A stretch of 62,136 bases of DNA, filler included. It is 14 parts of 14 records of this genome, joined end to end, with 100 filler letters (N's around TTAATTAATTAA, not from the genome) between each part and the next. Parts side by side here need not be neighbours in the genome. Positions count along the whole stretch, not along the records: positions 1 to 4,831 come from SRR7504441_10768; positions 4,932 to 9,178 come from SRR7504441_10775; positions 9,279 to 19,432 come from SRR7504441_10778; 11 more parts are not named here. One strand, 5' to 3'. Positions 1 to 12,200 of the stretch are shown here, one piece after another. How positions within the stretch are numbered: position 1 is the stretch's first letter; each line of letters begins with the position of its first letter. The position numbers were made by a program, and so were the translations under genes. The notes below the pieces were generated by a model. It was not told the origin of the DNA, did no database searches, and saw only the letters and a program-made list of their open reading frames with translations.

Positions 1-215
1 TAGGCTAATGATCATGAAGCTTGCGCGAATCAGGATACGGAACATATACGGAACACGCCTCTTACACGCCTCGACGGTCGCCACACCGTCGATATAGCCC
101 AGGCGCAGGCTACATTGATGTATTTTCTTTCGATCTTACTATTCAAATTCTAAATTTATGAAAGTATTTTTTATGATCTTTCTATGTATTTGAACTTCAT
201 TTAAACTCCGTCGCG

Positions 216-3200
216 TCAAGACTCTTTCTCTAGCTCGGCTGCGAACCAATGTCTGCCGGCGTCGAGTGGTGGATCCTCAGCCAAATCGACACCGGCAACA
301 AGATACCGATTGATCACGCTCAACCTATTGCTTAGATGTTGCACTTGCTCTTGGTCGCCGATGTCCTCGTACAGCTGATGCAATGCTAGTACCACACTCG
401 CTAGCTGCGGGTGGGTTGGGGGCATCTTTTCCTGCAGCAGCTCAAGCGCTTTCTTCAAATGCCACTGCGCCTGCTCCAAGTCGCCACTGTCGTGGAAGAG
501 CTGGCCTAGGTGCATCAGCGTGCCGGGCGCCTCTCCACTCATCCCAAGCTGGTCGCTGTGGCACAAGTGGAGCTTGCACAGAGAGCTCAGCGTGTTGAGG
601 ATATCTGGATGGTGAGGGGCCAGGGCACTCCGCTGCACAAGTAGCGCCTTGCAATACATCTCTTCCGCCTCCTTCACACGTAGCTGGGTGTCGTACAACA
701 GAGCCAGCCCGCTGATGGCCTCCGCTAACGTCAGGCATGCTGGGAGCGCTTCAGCGCTGCTGCACTCGAGCACTTGTATTGCCTTCTTATACGCTTGCTC
801 CGCGTCTCTCACCCGGAGTGCAGTCTCGTTCAGCTTGGCTATGTTCATGTAGCTGTCCGCTAGCTCAGGATGCTGGTTCCCGAGTTCCCTGGTCTCGATC
901 ACCGCAACCTCCTCAAACAACTTGCGGGCTTGCTCGTATTCCCCCATGTCGGCCAGCATGCACGCCATGTTATTGATCGTCTTCCTGCTCCTGCAAGGCC
1001 GCTCCACTTCCTCTATCTGGCGCAAGATCAACAAGCCCTGCCCCGGGTCCCCGTTGGCCCGGTGTGCAGCCGACAGCTCGTGCTTGATTTCGATCAGATC
1101 TGCAGGCGAGCACTCAGCATCCGCAGCGCAACTGTCCAGCACTTGTTCCAGCAGCATCAGCGCCTCCCCTGCCCGATCGAGCTCCATTCGACACCGAGCC
1201 AGCTCGCGCATTGCTGGGCGCCACACCTCCCTCGGCGGCGGCTCGGCGCCCCCAAGTGCCACTCGCGAGAGCAGGGTCTCGGCCTCGACCAACTGGCCTC
1301 TCTTGAGCAAGATCGAGCCGAGTCGGCGCATGGTGTTCACACGCTGCGGCTCTGTGGCCTCTTGCTCGCAGCTCTGCATCTCGAGCACCTTGCGGAAGCA
1401 GAGTTCGGCCTCAGAGTGTCGCTCGAGCCGCACCAGCAGCCGGGCCTCGGCCACCAGCGTGCCAATGCCTACCGTGCCCTCGTCCACCTCGGCTCCACTG
1501 CTTTCTCGAATGCCCATCCACAGAGCCTGCGCCTGCCGGCTGTGCTCGAGAGCCTGCTCCAGCTCGCCCTGCTGCTCCTCGACTGCCGACAGCTCGAGCA
1601 GCGCCGCTGCCAGCCCAAGCTTCTCCGCCGCAGATTCGTGCTGTATCGCCTGCAGCGCGCTCACTGCCTGCGAGCACGCCTTGTGCGCGGCCGTCAGGTC
1701 GCCCTGCAGCCGGAGCACCGAGCCTAGATTGACCAGTGCCTTGGCTGACCGGACAGAGCCGGCCGGCTGCTTGGGCTCGGTTGGGTCGTGCTCGAGCGCC
1801 AACCCGTGCTCGATCTGGTGCTGCGCCTCTAGCAGCTGGCCGAGCCCCTTCTGGGCGGCGGCGAGCTCATAGAGCGCTTCGGGCAACAGCTTCCGGCCGG
1901 TGCTTCCTTCTATCGATCGGAACACTTCGGCGGCCTTGCCGGCAGCATCGTACGCCTGCTGCCACCGCTCTTGCTGCTGATGCAACCTGGCAAGCTTGTT
2001 CCATGTGAGCCCGAGATCGACCGGCCCGAGCTCCTGCACTGCAGCCAGGTAAAGCTTCTCGGCCTCCGCATGCTCCTGCAGCTTGCACAGCGCATCGGCC
2101 AGTAGCACCGTCATCCCAACCCGGTCCAGGCTCACCAAAGTGCGCGACCATAACTCGCCCGCCAAGCTAGCCCTTGGGCTCTTGGAAGGCGTGGACTCTA
2201 TCTTGCGGAGAAGCTCCCTGAGTAGCCTGGCCGCCTGCTCGTAAGCGCCCCAGCTGAACATCAGTTGAGCTAGCTCAGCCTCGGTGCTAAGCACAAGCTC
2301 GCTCTCCAGGCCATCGCAGGCGGACAGCATCTCGAGCGCTCGCCTGAAGAGCTGCTCAATCTTGCCTGGGCTGTCTGGTGCTGCATGTTCGAGCAAGTCT
2401 GCCAAAGCGAGCAGCGCCTGTGCATACTGGACTTTAACCTGCCACCGGAGTCTCAGCCTCCCATTCAGCCCAAGCGCGCGCCTCGTCCGTGGCATGGAAC
2501 TCATAGTGCTTGGGCTCGATTCTCAGACAGTCTTTCAGGAACTTATCATACCTGCCCGGCCGCTCAGCGAGTGCTGTCCCGGCGCTCACCGCTCGATCTG
2601 TCGGCTGTGAATCAACTCCGCCTCAAGGCTGCGCCCAGCGTTAGCCAGCGCCTGGGCGTACGCCATCTCCACTTGCATCAGCTCGTTCGACTGCGGCGCA
2701 ACCTGCCGCGCAAACACTTCGAGCTGCTGCCTGAAGTCGGCTTCAATCGCCGCAATCATCGGCTGGCCTAGCGCGCTGCACGAGCGCATCGCATCCACTT
2801 GGCGCAGCAGCGCCTGGGCGTGCCGCTTTTTGCCCAGGAAATACTCGAGGCACACGTTCATCTCGTGAGAGACCAGCTTACCGAGCTCAGCCTGCAACTC
2901 CGGGTCCGGCTCCCGACTGCACTGCAGCTGGCTGGTCTGGAATTCTGCCATCGATCCAATCATCTGTGCGAGAAGCAGAGCCACGTGGCTGGTGTGTGTG
3001 CAGCAGCCGTGCCCGAGGTCGCTCCTGCAGCACATCTTGCCGGCCTCAAGTGCCTCTTGCATCCTGCCACTGAGCCCTTCCAGCAGCTCCCGGCCCTCCA
3101 TCCGCTTGCTGTTCTCCGGCTGATGAAGCAGAGCCCTCCCGAGGTGCATCGTGGTCCGCATCCACTGCTCAGCAGGGCACTGACACTCTTCTGCCACTTC

Positions 3201-4772
3201 GCTGCTGCAGCACACGGCCTCGAGCAGTTCCGACGCCCTGAGCCTCCCATCGTGCAGCCGCTGCTGCGAGTATCGGAGCAGCAGCTCGGCAGCTTCATAA
3301 TAGCCGTCCTCGAGGTACTCGGGGCCCCGCAGCGCGGCAACACTACCCAGCTGGTCGTCCTTGCTGCCGTAGTGCAGAGGCCCGCGGTTGTCGCAGTCCG
3401 TGAGCATCACATCTGCCCTCAGTTCTAGCAGCGACGAGGCCAGCTCACAGTGCCCATCCGACACCGCAAAGTACAGTGCGCTCCAGCCGTCGTCGTCAGT
3501 CGCATCGATGTCCGCCCTTTCCTTCACCAACAGCCGGACCATCGCTATATCCCCCCGCTTGGCCGCAATACTGAGCGCCCGCACCCCGCCTGGAAGCTTC
3601 CGATTGACGTCAGTCACCGGACTGAGCGCTTGGACGCTCTCCAGGAAGCCTCCGACGGCCGCAAACAGCACTGCGGTCCACCCGGCGGCATTCGGGGTGT
3701 CCATTGGCACACCGGCGGCCAGCAGCCACTCTACCAACTCTATAGAGCCGGCCGCCAGCACGGGCAGCCTCTGGCCGCCGGGCAGTGGCTCGGCTGCCAG
3801 CTCGCACGCCTTCTCGCGTCCGGCCTCCGCAGCCACGTGCTGCAGGATCGCCAGCGCCAGCCCAAAGTGCTTGGCAGCACAAGCCCGACCGAGTGCGCTC
3901 CAACCCTCCTGGTCAGTCCCAGCTATCCAACCTACGGCCTCCTGCCCGAGCTGCTGCTTGGACGCCTCGAGCAGCAGCTGAACCGCCTCGCGCGCCCCCG
4001 CCCTCCCCGCCAACACCAGGGCGTTCTGTCCGAGCTGGTCGCTCGCTGTCAGCCCAGCTCGCGCCCGGAGCAGCAGCCCGACCAACTCGGGCCGCCCCGA
4101 GGCGTGCATGAGCGCAGTCCAGCCATCCGCGTCCGCCGCATCCAGCGGCGAAGTAACCCCCAGAGCACCCGCCGCCGCTGTGTGCCCTCGGCTGCACGCA
4201 AGCAGCAGCGCCGATTCGGCTCGGTCGGTGAATTGGCCTGGGTCAGCGCTGGCCACCAGCAGCAGCCGGATCGCTTGATCGTCGCCCCGGGCGGCCGCGT
4301 GGTGCAGTGCGGTCCACCCGTCCGCCCCTCGCCCCCGCACCGACGCCTTGGCCTGCAGCAGCGTCCGGAGCACCTCCGTGTGACCCGCCCGGGCCGCCAG
4401 CAGCACTGGCGGCGGCCCGGCCGGGTCGACCGCCGCTTTGTGCGCGCAGAGCAATTCGAGCACCTCCTGATGCCCCGCCCCGGCCGCCAAGCCGACCGCA
4501 GTCAGCCCCGACGGCTCCAGCGCGGTCCCAGGGTCGGCCTCGGCCTGGAGTAGCTCCCGGACCACCGCCAGGTTGCCCGCCCGGGCCGCGAGCATCAGCG
4601 CGGTCTCGCCACCGTCTGACGGGTCTAGCTCCGGCAGCCCGGGTGACTTGGGCGCGGCCGGGAGCTGGCCGGGCGAGGTGGGCTGGTCTAGCTCCACACC
4701 GTTCATCAGCGCGATTTGCAATGAGCCCACGTCCGCCTCCAGCACCGAGCCTGGCCAGCCCGGCGGATCCAT
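216..4772 (-). CDS. Ankyrin-repeat + TPR-repeat protein (one spliced gene joining ORFs 2586..4772 and 216..2504)
   Basis: N-terminal ankyrin motifs (GETALMLAARAGN, GWTALHHAAARGD, GWSALYFAVSDGH) and C-terminal kinesin-light-chain-type TPRs (HPELADSYMNIA, HPDILNTLSSL). Removing a GT-AG intron at 2552..2589 (38 nt) and a GC-AG intron at 2439..2481 (43 nt) joins the two ORFs in frame. Confidence 0.8.
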
Positions 4773-4831
4773 GCTGGCGGCCGCTGCGGTCTCGCACCTA
4801 GACTCAGGCCCTGCTACGCGCCGCGCTGCAT

Positions 4832-4931
4832 NNNNNNNNNNNNNNNNNNNNNNNNNNNNNNNNNNNNNNNNNNNNTTAATTAATTAANNNNNNNNNNNNN
4901 NNNNNNNNNNNNNNNNNNNNNNNNNNNNNNN
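4832..4931. other. Artificial contig spacer N44-TTAATTAATTAA-N44. It recurs at 9179, 19433, 22747, 26187, 30964, 35693, 38942, 42489, 46333, 50323, 53945 and 57774 (100 nt each).
   Basis: The identical 100-nt structure occurs 13 times, its core has stops in all six frames, and genes are truncated at these points. Confidence 0.98.
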
Positions 4932-6780
4932 CCGCTCAGACCAGCTCGGATCCTTGCTGTCCGCAGCTGCCGGCTTGCCCGCAGGCTTCAGCTCCACAGA
5001 TTGCCGGAAGAACTCGGCTGCTGGCTTGTGCACTGGTGTCATCGGCCTGAGCTGAGGTCCTGTAGCCCGCTCTGCTGCCGGCTTTTCCACTGGTTCCATC
5101 GGCTTCAGCTGGACAGCCTCGCTTTCGGCCGCCGCAGCCCCGTTTACAGGCTGCCGCTCCCGCCTTGGCCTCTGCAGCTCGTCGGGCTGCACTTGCAGCT
5201 CTGCCTTCTCCTGGTCCGCCAAGCAGGCAGATTCTATATTGGTTCGCAGCTCGGCTGGCTGCACCTGCAAGTCCGGGCTCACCCCCATTGGCTGCGCTGC
5301 TGGCATCACGCTGAGGTGTGCTGTTGGCCGGCCAAGCAGCGCCATCCGGGCCTGCAGCCGGTCACAGTCCGCCTGCACCACAGTGTGCCCGTGTCGCGCC
5401 TGGGCCTCCCTCCAGTGTTCAACCCATTCATGAATGGACACCGGGCGCATCTCGACATCCGCCGGGCAAAGCGTCTCCATCGCCTTCAAATCCAGCCGGC
5501 CGCACAGCGCGCTCAGCTCCACCATGCTCACCACAGGCGCCCCGGCTGTGCAGAGCGCCTCAAACAGTCCGGCTGCCCTCTCATCCACACTCGGCATCAG
5601 CTCGCCATCGCACGAGCGTCGGTGGCGAGCCAGTGCACTACCAGTCAGGAACACCAGCCCGCAGCTGCACTGTTTGCCCGTCCTTACTAGCTCGGCGTGC
5701 AGCGTGGCGGGCTGCGATGCCAGCAGCCTCATCACCGCCTCTTCAGGTCGTGCAAACAGCGGAGCTGTAGGCTCGCGCTCCTCACTAACAGCGCACTGGC
5801 CTGCCGCCTCTGCCTCCTGCTGCACAGGCTGCGCCTCTTCCATGGCGCCGACTCCAGCCGATTGATCAGCCTGGGGATCCGCGGGCTGGAACACTCTCTG
5901 GCTCAAATCCCTCAGCGCCGCCCCCAGCCTCGCCGCTCGTTCTTGCCGGGCCCGAGCCGGCGCCGGCCCGACCGCCCATCGGCTGCTCGACTGTGCTGGA
6001 TTGCCCGGCTCCCGCCGCGGCTGCTGCGGCCTCGCCTTGGCCGTCGGTATCGCCTGCGAGCTCGGTTTAGCCACGCTGCCAACCGGCTGCCGCCCTCCCG
6101 CCGGCCGTATCTTGCCCGCGGGGGGTGGCTTACGAACCGGCACGGCCTCGCCTCTAGCCGGCAGCGAGCCGGACCCACTGGGGGCTGCGGGCGCCGGCTG
6201 GGCAGGCCGACGATGCTTAGCAGGTCTGCCCGGTGGTGCGGCCAAACCGTCGGGCGGGTCGGCCGGCGCACTCCGGCGGGTGGGGCCGTCCTTGCTGGGG
6301 CGCCAGCGGGGGTCTGGCCGCGAGCGGTCGAGGCTGCGGGCTGACCAGTCCCCACACCAGGTCTTCACCATCGATGCATGGCAGTTGTCAGTTGTTGCCA
6401 GTGCCATCTGGCTTGGGTGAGCGTTGGGAAACAGTTGGGAAACATGGGGTGAGTGCCAACGCGAGGGGCGGGCTGAGGCCAGCGGGCAGGTGCTGCTGTC
6501 CGGACGCGACTGGAGTTCACGGGCCGCCCGTCACTCAGACGACCCGCACCGTGGTAGCGGGCCAAACCATTGTGGCGTCTCCGCAAGGTGCCCCCGCCCG
6601 CCGCCCGCCGCGCCAGCTCTGGGGCAGGGGCGGTTGTGACCCAGCCAGCGATGGTCCAGCCGGCCATGACCCAGGCGCCGGTCCAACCGCCGTCTCAGCC
6701 GCCGACCCAGCCGCCGCCCCCGACCCAGCCGCCGCCCCCGTCCCAGCCGCCGCCCCCGCCGCCGCCCAGCAAGGCGACAT
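4932..6780 (-). CDS. Hypothetical Pro/Ala-rich protein with a possible C2HC zinc finger and short C-terminal repeats; 3'-truncated, 5' exons uncertain
   Basis: Long ORF 4932..6407 containing CSCGLVFLTGSALARHRRSC and repeats VQLKPMEPVEKPAAE / PQLRPMTPVHKPAAE / VELKPAGKPAA. The upstream ATG at 6780 is followed by G-rich, intron-like sequence. Confidence 0.5.
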
Positions 6781-6861
6781 AGCTCTAGGAGTAGCTCTAG
6801 GAGCACGCTTACAACCTCACACGCTGGGGGAGGCGATCTAGATATAGAGTTTCATTAGATT

Positions 6862-8055
6862 CTACACAGGTTTGAGATCATCACCCGGTGGGTCGACCAC
6901 CTCGATGCGCGCCGCCTGCTCCAACTCGCAATCACTCCCCGCCCTCACCACCAGCAAGAACACCCCGCACTGCAGCCCGCCGCCCGCAGCCCGCCCAAAG
7001 TGCTTTGCTTTCAGCTGAAACCCGCCGATGGCCTCGCCCCCGGCCGGCAGCCGCCTCGCCTTGTGGAAGTGAATCGGCTGCTTTGAGGGCTCGCGCCCCT
7101 CAGCGACCAGCACTGCCGACACCGATTGGTCGCCCGGGCCGCGCCCCACGTTCCGCAGTGTGTACCGCACCCCGACCCGCTCCCCGCCAGCCAGGCCAGC
7201 CAGGCAGACCCGCTCGGCGGCCAGCTCGAGCTGCAGCCGCCAGCTGGGCACGGCCAGTTTCTGGAGCACCCCAGCTAGTTCAGGGTGGCCCGCTGTCCCG
7301 GCCGGGCGCCTGCTGCCCACGAGCATCCAGTTGCGCTCGGAGAGCATCTCGGGCTCTGGGGCCAGCTGGACCTCGGCGCTGTGGGCCAGCCAGCCGGCCA
7401 GAGTGTCGGCCCAGCGGTTGTACTGCTCGAGCTGCTCCGTAGTCTCAAACAGCCGATCCGGGGTGCTGGGCAGCCCCCGCCGGGGCAGGCAGCACGGGCA
7501 GAGCACCAGCGCCTCCGCGGCCGGAGTCCGCTGGAACAGCTCTATCGCCACGGCCGAGAGCATCCCGCAGAGGTGCATCCCGGCGATCAGGACCGGCCGG
7601 CCCACCCGCTCGACCTGCCGTTGCATGGCCGGCAAGAACTCGGGGTCGAACAGGTCCAGCTGCAGGTACTCGATGTTGGGCTGCAGCTCGTAGTGCGGGG
7701 CCTGTCGCGCTGGCAACCGATCCACCGCCGTGACCACCAACTCCGGCCAGGCCAGCCCGGCGAAGGCGGCCGTCCAGGACCGGCCGGCGCACAGGTCGAT
7801 CAGATGCATCCCGGGCCGGTCCAGCCGGGCCCCGAGTGCCCTGACCACCGCCATCGACTCGCTCAGCTCCTTGCGCAGCCCGGCCGGCTGCTGGTTAAGA
7901 GCGTGGAACTCTGGACGCTCGAGCGCTCGGGCAGCCGGCGATCCGAAGAACTGGCCGAGCAGCCCGCAGCCGGCCCCGGGCGACCGTCGGACGGCGGCCA
8001 GCTTCTGGCTGGGCTTGAGCCGTACACGGCACACCGGACAGCACTCACAGGCCAT
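6862..8055 (-). CDS. SAM-dependent methyltransferase (Methyltransf_32-like) with a C-terminal beta-rich domain
   Basis: Motif I-like LIDLCAGRSWTA, VTAVDR, and GMHLCGMLS...LCPCCLP typical of this family. First ATG at 8055; intronless. Confidence 0.7.
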   Translation of the reverse strand: MACECCPVCRVRLKPSQKLAAVRRSPGAGCGLLGQFFGSPAARALERPEFHALNQQPAGLRKELSESMAVVRALGARLDRPGMHLIDLCAGRSWTAAFAGLAWPELVVTAVDRLPARQAPHYELQPNIEYLQLDLFDPEFLPAMQRQVERVGRPVLIAGMHLCGMLSAVAIELFQRTPAAEALVLCPCCLPRRGLPSTPDRLFETTEQLEQYNRWADTLAGWLAHSAEVQLAPEPEMLSERNWMLVGSRRPAGTAGHPELAGVLQKLAVPSWRLQLELAAERVCLAGLAGGERVGVRYTLRNVGRGPGDQSVSAVLVAEGREPSKQPIHFHKARRLPAGGEAIGGFQLKAKHFGRAAGGGLQCGVFLLVVRAGSDCELEQAARIEVVDPPGDDLKPV

Positions 8056-8384
8056 TGCCGTACCGCGCAGCACCCGGTGCCAGCGCCCCACGAAGTTTTA
8101 ACGGCAAATTACGTATAATTTAGTGATCTGTTCTAGTGTACATTGCTGTGAGCTGGCGGGCGGGCGGGCGGAGCCGTGACTGAGGGCTTGAGGCTTGAGC
8201 TCGATGATCTGATCGGAGCCCATCCATGATGCCCCGAGGCGGAACCGTCCGCCCACCGTCCCGTCCCGTCCAAAGCCCCGCCCCGGGTCCGACCGCCCCG
8301 GGTCCGCCGCGTTTCCAAGTGTTGCCGCCCACCAACCACATCAGGCGTCAGCGGCGGCCTCGTCCGCCGCGCAGCCGCAGCCTC

Positions 8385-9178
8385 TCACCTGCGCGTGCGG
8401 GGCACCTTCTCGCTGAAGAGTGCCATGTGCAGCCGAGGGCCCACGTACGAGGAGCGAGCGTGCGCAAAGCGCAAGTTGTCGGCCACCACCACGTCGCCCG
8501 GCTTGAGCATGAGCCTCAACGTGTTGGCGTGGTCGTGGTAGGCCGCCGCGAGCGCCGCCAGCTCCTCGGCACCAATCTCAGAGCCGTCGCCCCACGTCGC
8601 GTGCATGGGCGCCAGCACGAGCTCGCACGCCGCGTCGTGCGCTGCGACGATGTCCAGCGAGCGATGATAGTCCAAGAGGCTCGTCACCACCAGCTCCTCG
8701 CCACGGCCGCCACCCGGCAGCGGCGCGCGCGCCGTCGCCGGCACATTCCAGCGCTGCAGCACCGTGCCGCTGTCCGATTCGAATTGCAGCGTCGCGTTGG
8801 AGCCGTATTTCTTCTGCACTTCATCTTTGAGCTTATCCTTCTCTTTGTCCAGTGCCTTCACCTTTGCCTCGTCTTTCAGCAGCTTCTTTTCCACTTTCAT
8901 AGGAACAGACTTTTTGGCCTGCTTGGCTTTCTTATTACTGGCCTTTTCGATCTTTTTCAGCATTTTCTTATCCTTTTTAGCCGCCTTCTTCATCTCTTTC
9001 TTTGCCTTCTTCTCAATCTTCTTGATCTTTGCCTTCTCCTTCTTTTTCATCTTTTTCTTTTCATCCTTCTTTGCCTTGGCAACCTTCAACTTTACGTCCT
9101 TTTTTACCTCCTTCTTCTCTTTGGACTTAGCCTTGGCCTTTACCGCCTTCACCTTACTCTTCTCCTTCTTTTTGGCGG
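8385..9178 (-). CDS. Lys-rich segment joined to the C-terminal part of a TauD/TfdA-like Fe(II)/2OG dioxygenase; 5'-truncated, possibly chimeric
   Basis: WGDGSEIG...LKPGDVVVADNLRFAHARSSYVGPR matches the TauD C-terminal His/Arg motifs. The upstream ~120 codons are K/A/E-rich with different base composition. Confidence 0.55.
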
Positions 9179-9278
9179 NNNNNNNNNNNNNNNNNNNNNN
9201 NNNNNNNNNNNNNNNNNNNNNNTTAATTAATTAANNNNNNNNNNNNNNNNNNNNNNNNNNNNNNNNNNNNNNNNNNNN

Positions 9279-12200
9279 AACATGGTTCGGTACCACTTAG
9301 AGATGCAGGTCCTGTGGCCGCAATTGGTGCACGCCATAAATTGATCCTCCTCTTCATCGCCCTTCATCAGCTCACACATGCGAACCATCGACACCTGCGG
9401 CGCAGGCAGTTGACCCATGTCTGTCATCGCCTTCTTCCAGCCATCTTTGCACGGCAGCTGGAGCAGCGAATCCTTGGTCATTGTTTTGCTCGTGTAGTAC
9501 TTGCGGTCGCAGCCACCCTTGTAGGCAGTCGAGGGCACTCCAATGTGCCACTGCACTCCATCGTCGTTTTTCACTCGATATACGTACATCTCCTCAGTCG
9601 TGCCCTGCCGACCATAGATGGAATCCACCGTGGCTTCCCATTTGCCAAACCCATCAGTATCGTACTCTTGAAACACAAATACTGTGTTCAATTTCCTTTG
9701 TCCTGCCCCCTCTACACGCAGACAGATCTCCTGCAGACAGATCTCCTCGGGAACGTCGGGTGAGGACTCCTCCGATGGGTCCTCTACCAAGGATTTAACA
9801 TGACTCAGCAGCTGGAAACACTGTCGAGCCTCGTTTGTGTCCATCCCAGTGATCATGGCCTGATTCCGTGGGTTGGTCTCTACAGCGAGCCATTCGACCG
9901 CCCATATCCAGGCCTGCTCCTCCTCTCTATACCAGTTCAGCTTTCCCAGCTCAGGATCGCCTAGCTCAGGATCCGTCAAGTCTATTGCAGCAGCGCTGTT
10001 GGCCACTTGCAGCAAGAACAGAGCATGGATTGCATTGCTCGGGTTAGGCACTAGGCTCTCGTCACGAGCTCTGACATACATTGGACTCAATAATTTGTGC
10101 AGTCCCACGTACCCAGCACAAGCCAGCAGCGCGTCCTTGCGATGCAGTTGCATCTTGTCCGACACTGAGCTGGCAGTGGCCCCAGGGCCGGGCTTGAGAC
10201 TTGAGAGCAGCAATTGGACCACATCCTCACAGCTCAGCCCAGCTACAGAGAGCATCAGCCGCAACAGAGGCCGGGTATTGTCAGCCAGCTGATCAGGGTC
10301 GGTCTCTACCACCTGCACGCATTCAGCTGAGCAAGCATGCCTCCGCTGACTGCTACCTTGCGGATAAACTCCTTGCATGTGAGCAGCTGGAGGGTCAATG
10401 GTGTGACATCGGACTCGCTCTGCACTGAGGCCAGCAGCTGCTGCACCACGTGCAATGACCGGCTGAACGAGTCATCTTCCTTCTTATCTAGCACCTGGCC
10501 CAGGATTAGGGTTCTCTAGGGCAGGCTCAGCACACCTCGAGCTCCGGCAGCTGGTCTTTAGCAGGCGAGGCCTCCTCCAGGTACAGATGCAGCAAATAGG
10601 CTGCCACATCTTTATCCAGCAGATGCAGCCGCAGTGTTGCTTTATCCACGGCGGCCAAAGTGCCCCAGATGGTGCAGTAGGCTTCGATCCCAATTGCAGT
10701 ACTCGTAGCTACTTGGAACTGCTGAAGCAGCATGCCCACTAGCTCAGCGACTGCTGCCGGAATTTGGCCCTGGTGGTCGAGCAGCACGCGGCTGACACAG
10801 TTGCGCAGTACCGAGCACATCGCATGCCGAACGTTCTTATCGGGATGGTACAAGCCAAGTTTCTCCAACCACATCTTCTCTGGTCCTGATTCCGGTTTGC
10901 CTACAATTTGAGACAAAAACCAGGCAGAAGCAGTGACATCCTTCTCATACAGCTGCAGCAAGGAGTCGCGCCACTCCTTGAGCTGTGGCTGGTTGCGGTG
11001 CCTCAAGCACACGTCAAAGAACAGCAAAGAGCCCATTGTAACAATCTCTGTGTTTGGCTTTAGGTCCCATGACACAGCATCCTGGCAAAGGCCCAACCCA
11101 AGATCTAGCACACCCTCTGAGAACAAAAGGCTTTGCTTTTGTAGGTTTGTACCCCATTGCTCTACTTCATCCTTCATCATCTCTTTTAAGCGGTGGCCTC
11201 GCCAGCTCTCCCACTGAGCCTCTGCCTCTGCAGGTCTTGCCCCTTGCCCTGACGGTGCTGACATAGCACGATCCAGCCCAAATGTTGCAGGCACGGATTG
11301 TGACTGAACATCAGCGTCTGCATCAGGCTCAGCAATGTCTATTGAAATCCCTGGAGAGCTCGGTACACTGAGTGCACGAGCCATTCCATTGCTGCTGTTG
11401 ATGGTGCTGCTACGCGTCCTCTTGAATCCTGCTAGTCCCTCTGGCTCGCCCTCAGTACCTTCACCCTCATCAATGGGTGCACCATCCTCTCCAGTTAGAC
11501 TGCCTGAGCTCCCAGGCTTATCAACATGATACTCCAGTGGCGGCAGGTCAATCCGGCGATAAATCAGCGCGAGTGCTTGAGCATCTTTGTCACGAGTCTC
11601 TGTGTATCCAAAGTTGTCGACATACTCCTCCTGCCCTCCAAAGCACTCGGCATCGAGCCCCTCGGTTGGCGAATGAGGGTCGATCTTGCTTACACGGTCG
11701 TCGTTGAATTTGAGCCAAACATTCTCACCATTTGCGCGGGTAGAGCTCTTGATGAAAGAGTAGTAGTGGCCTCCTCCAGCAGAGTGTCCGCGGTGGACAA
11801 TCACTCCCTGGAGCTTGTACTGGGTTTCGCCCATATCAATCACCTGCCATACAATCCTCAGAACAGAGCATGCAATTGCTCACCTCTGCAACAGCAGGTT
11901 TGACTGCATCGGGCTCGTCGTCTGCTGCATTGGCTCCATCCAGCTCAGTAGTGTCTGCATCTTTCTGCAGGCCTTCGTCATCAAGCTCGTCGGCAACCCA
12001 AGCTTCATCTTCATTGTTCTCGGCGCCCTCAGCAGCCTCATCCACTAGCTCTTCCTGCTGCAGTGCCTTCAGATCTGCTAGCCTTGCAGCCTGGCCAGCT
12101 TTGGTGTATGCCCACATATCCAGCTCATGCTCAAACTCTATCCTATGCATCAGCTTCTTGGGCTGTCAACACCAACACAGTTAGCCAGCACCAATATCTC

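Noticed and set aside
870-1872. Long antisense and overlapping ORFs (here and e.g. 3450..4553, 59011..60468, 8764..9234)
   Set aside because: These are shadow ORFs expected from high GC and codon bias opposite real genes, with no recognisable motifs.
4876-4887. TTAATTAATTAA recurring 13 times, as a possible repeat element or piggyBac-like site
   Set aside because: It is always centred in N44 flanks, so it is an artificial all-frame-stop linker.
6690-6770. (CCAGCCGCCGCCCCC)n tandem repeat as CRISPR-like or coding
   Set aside because: Simple G-rich low-complexity sequence with no spacers and no cas genes; probably intronic.
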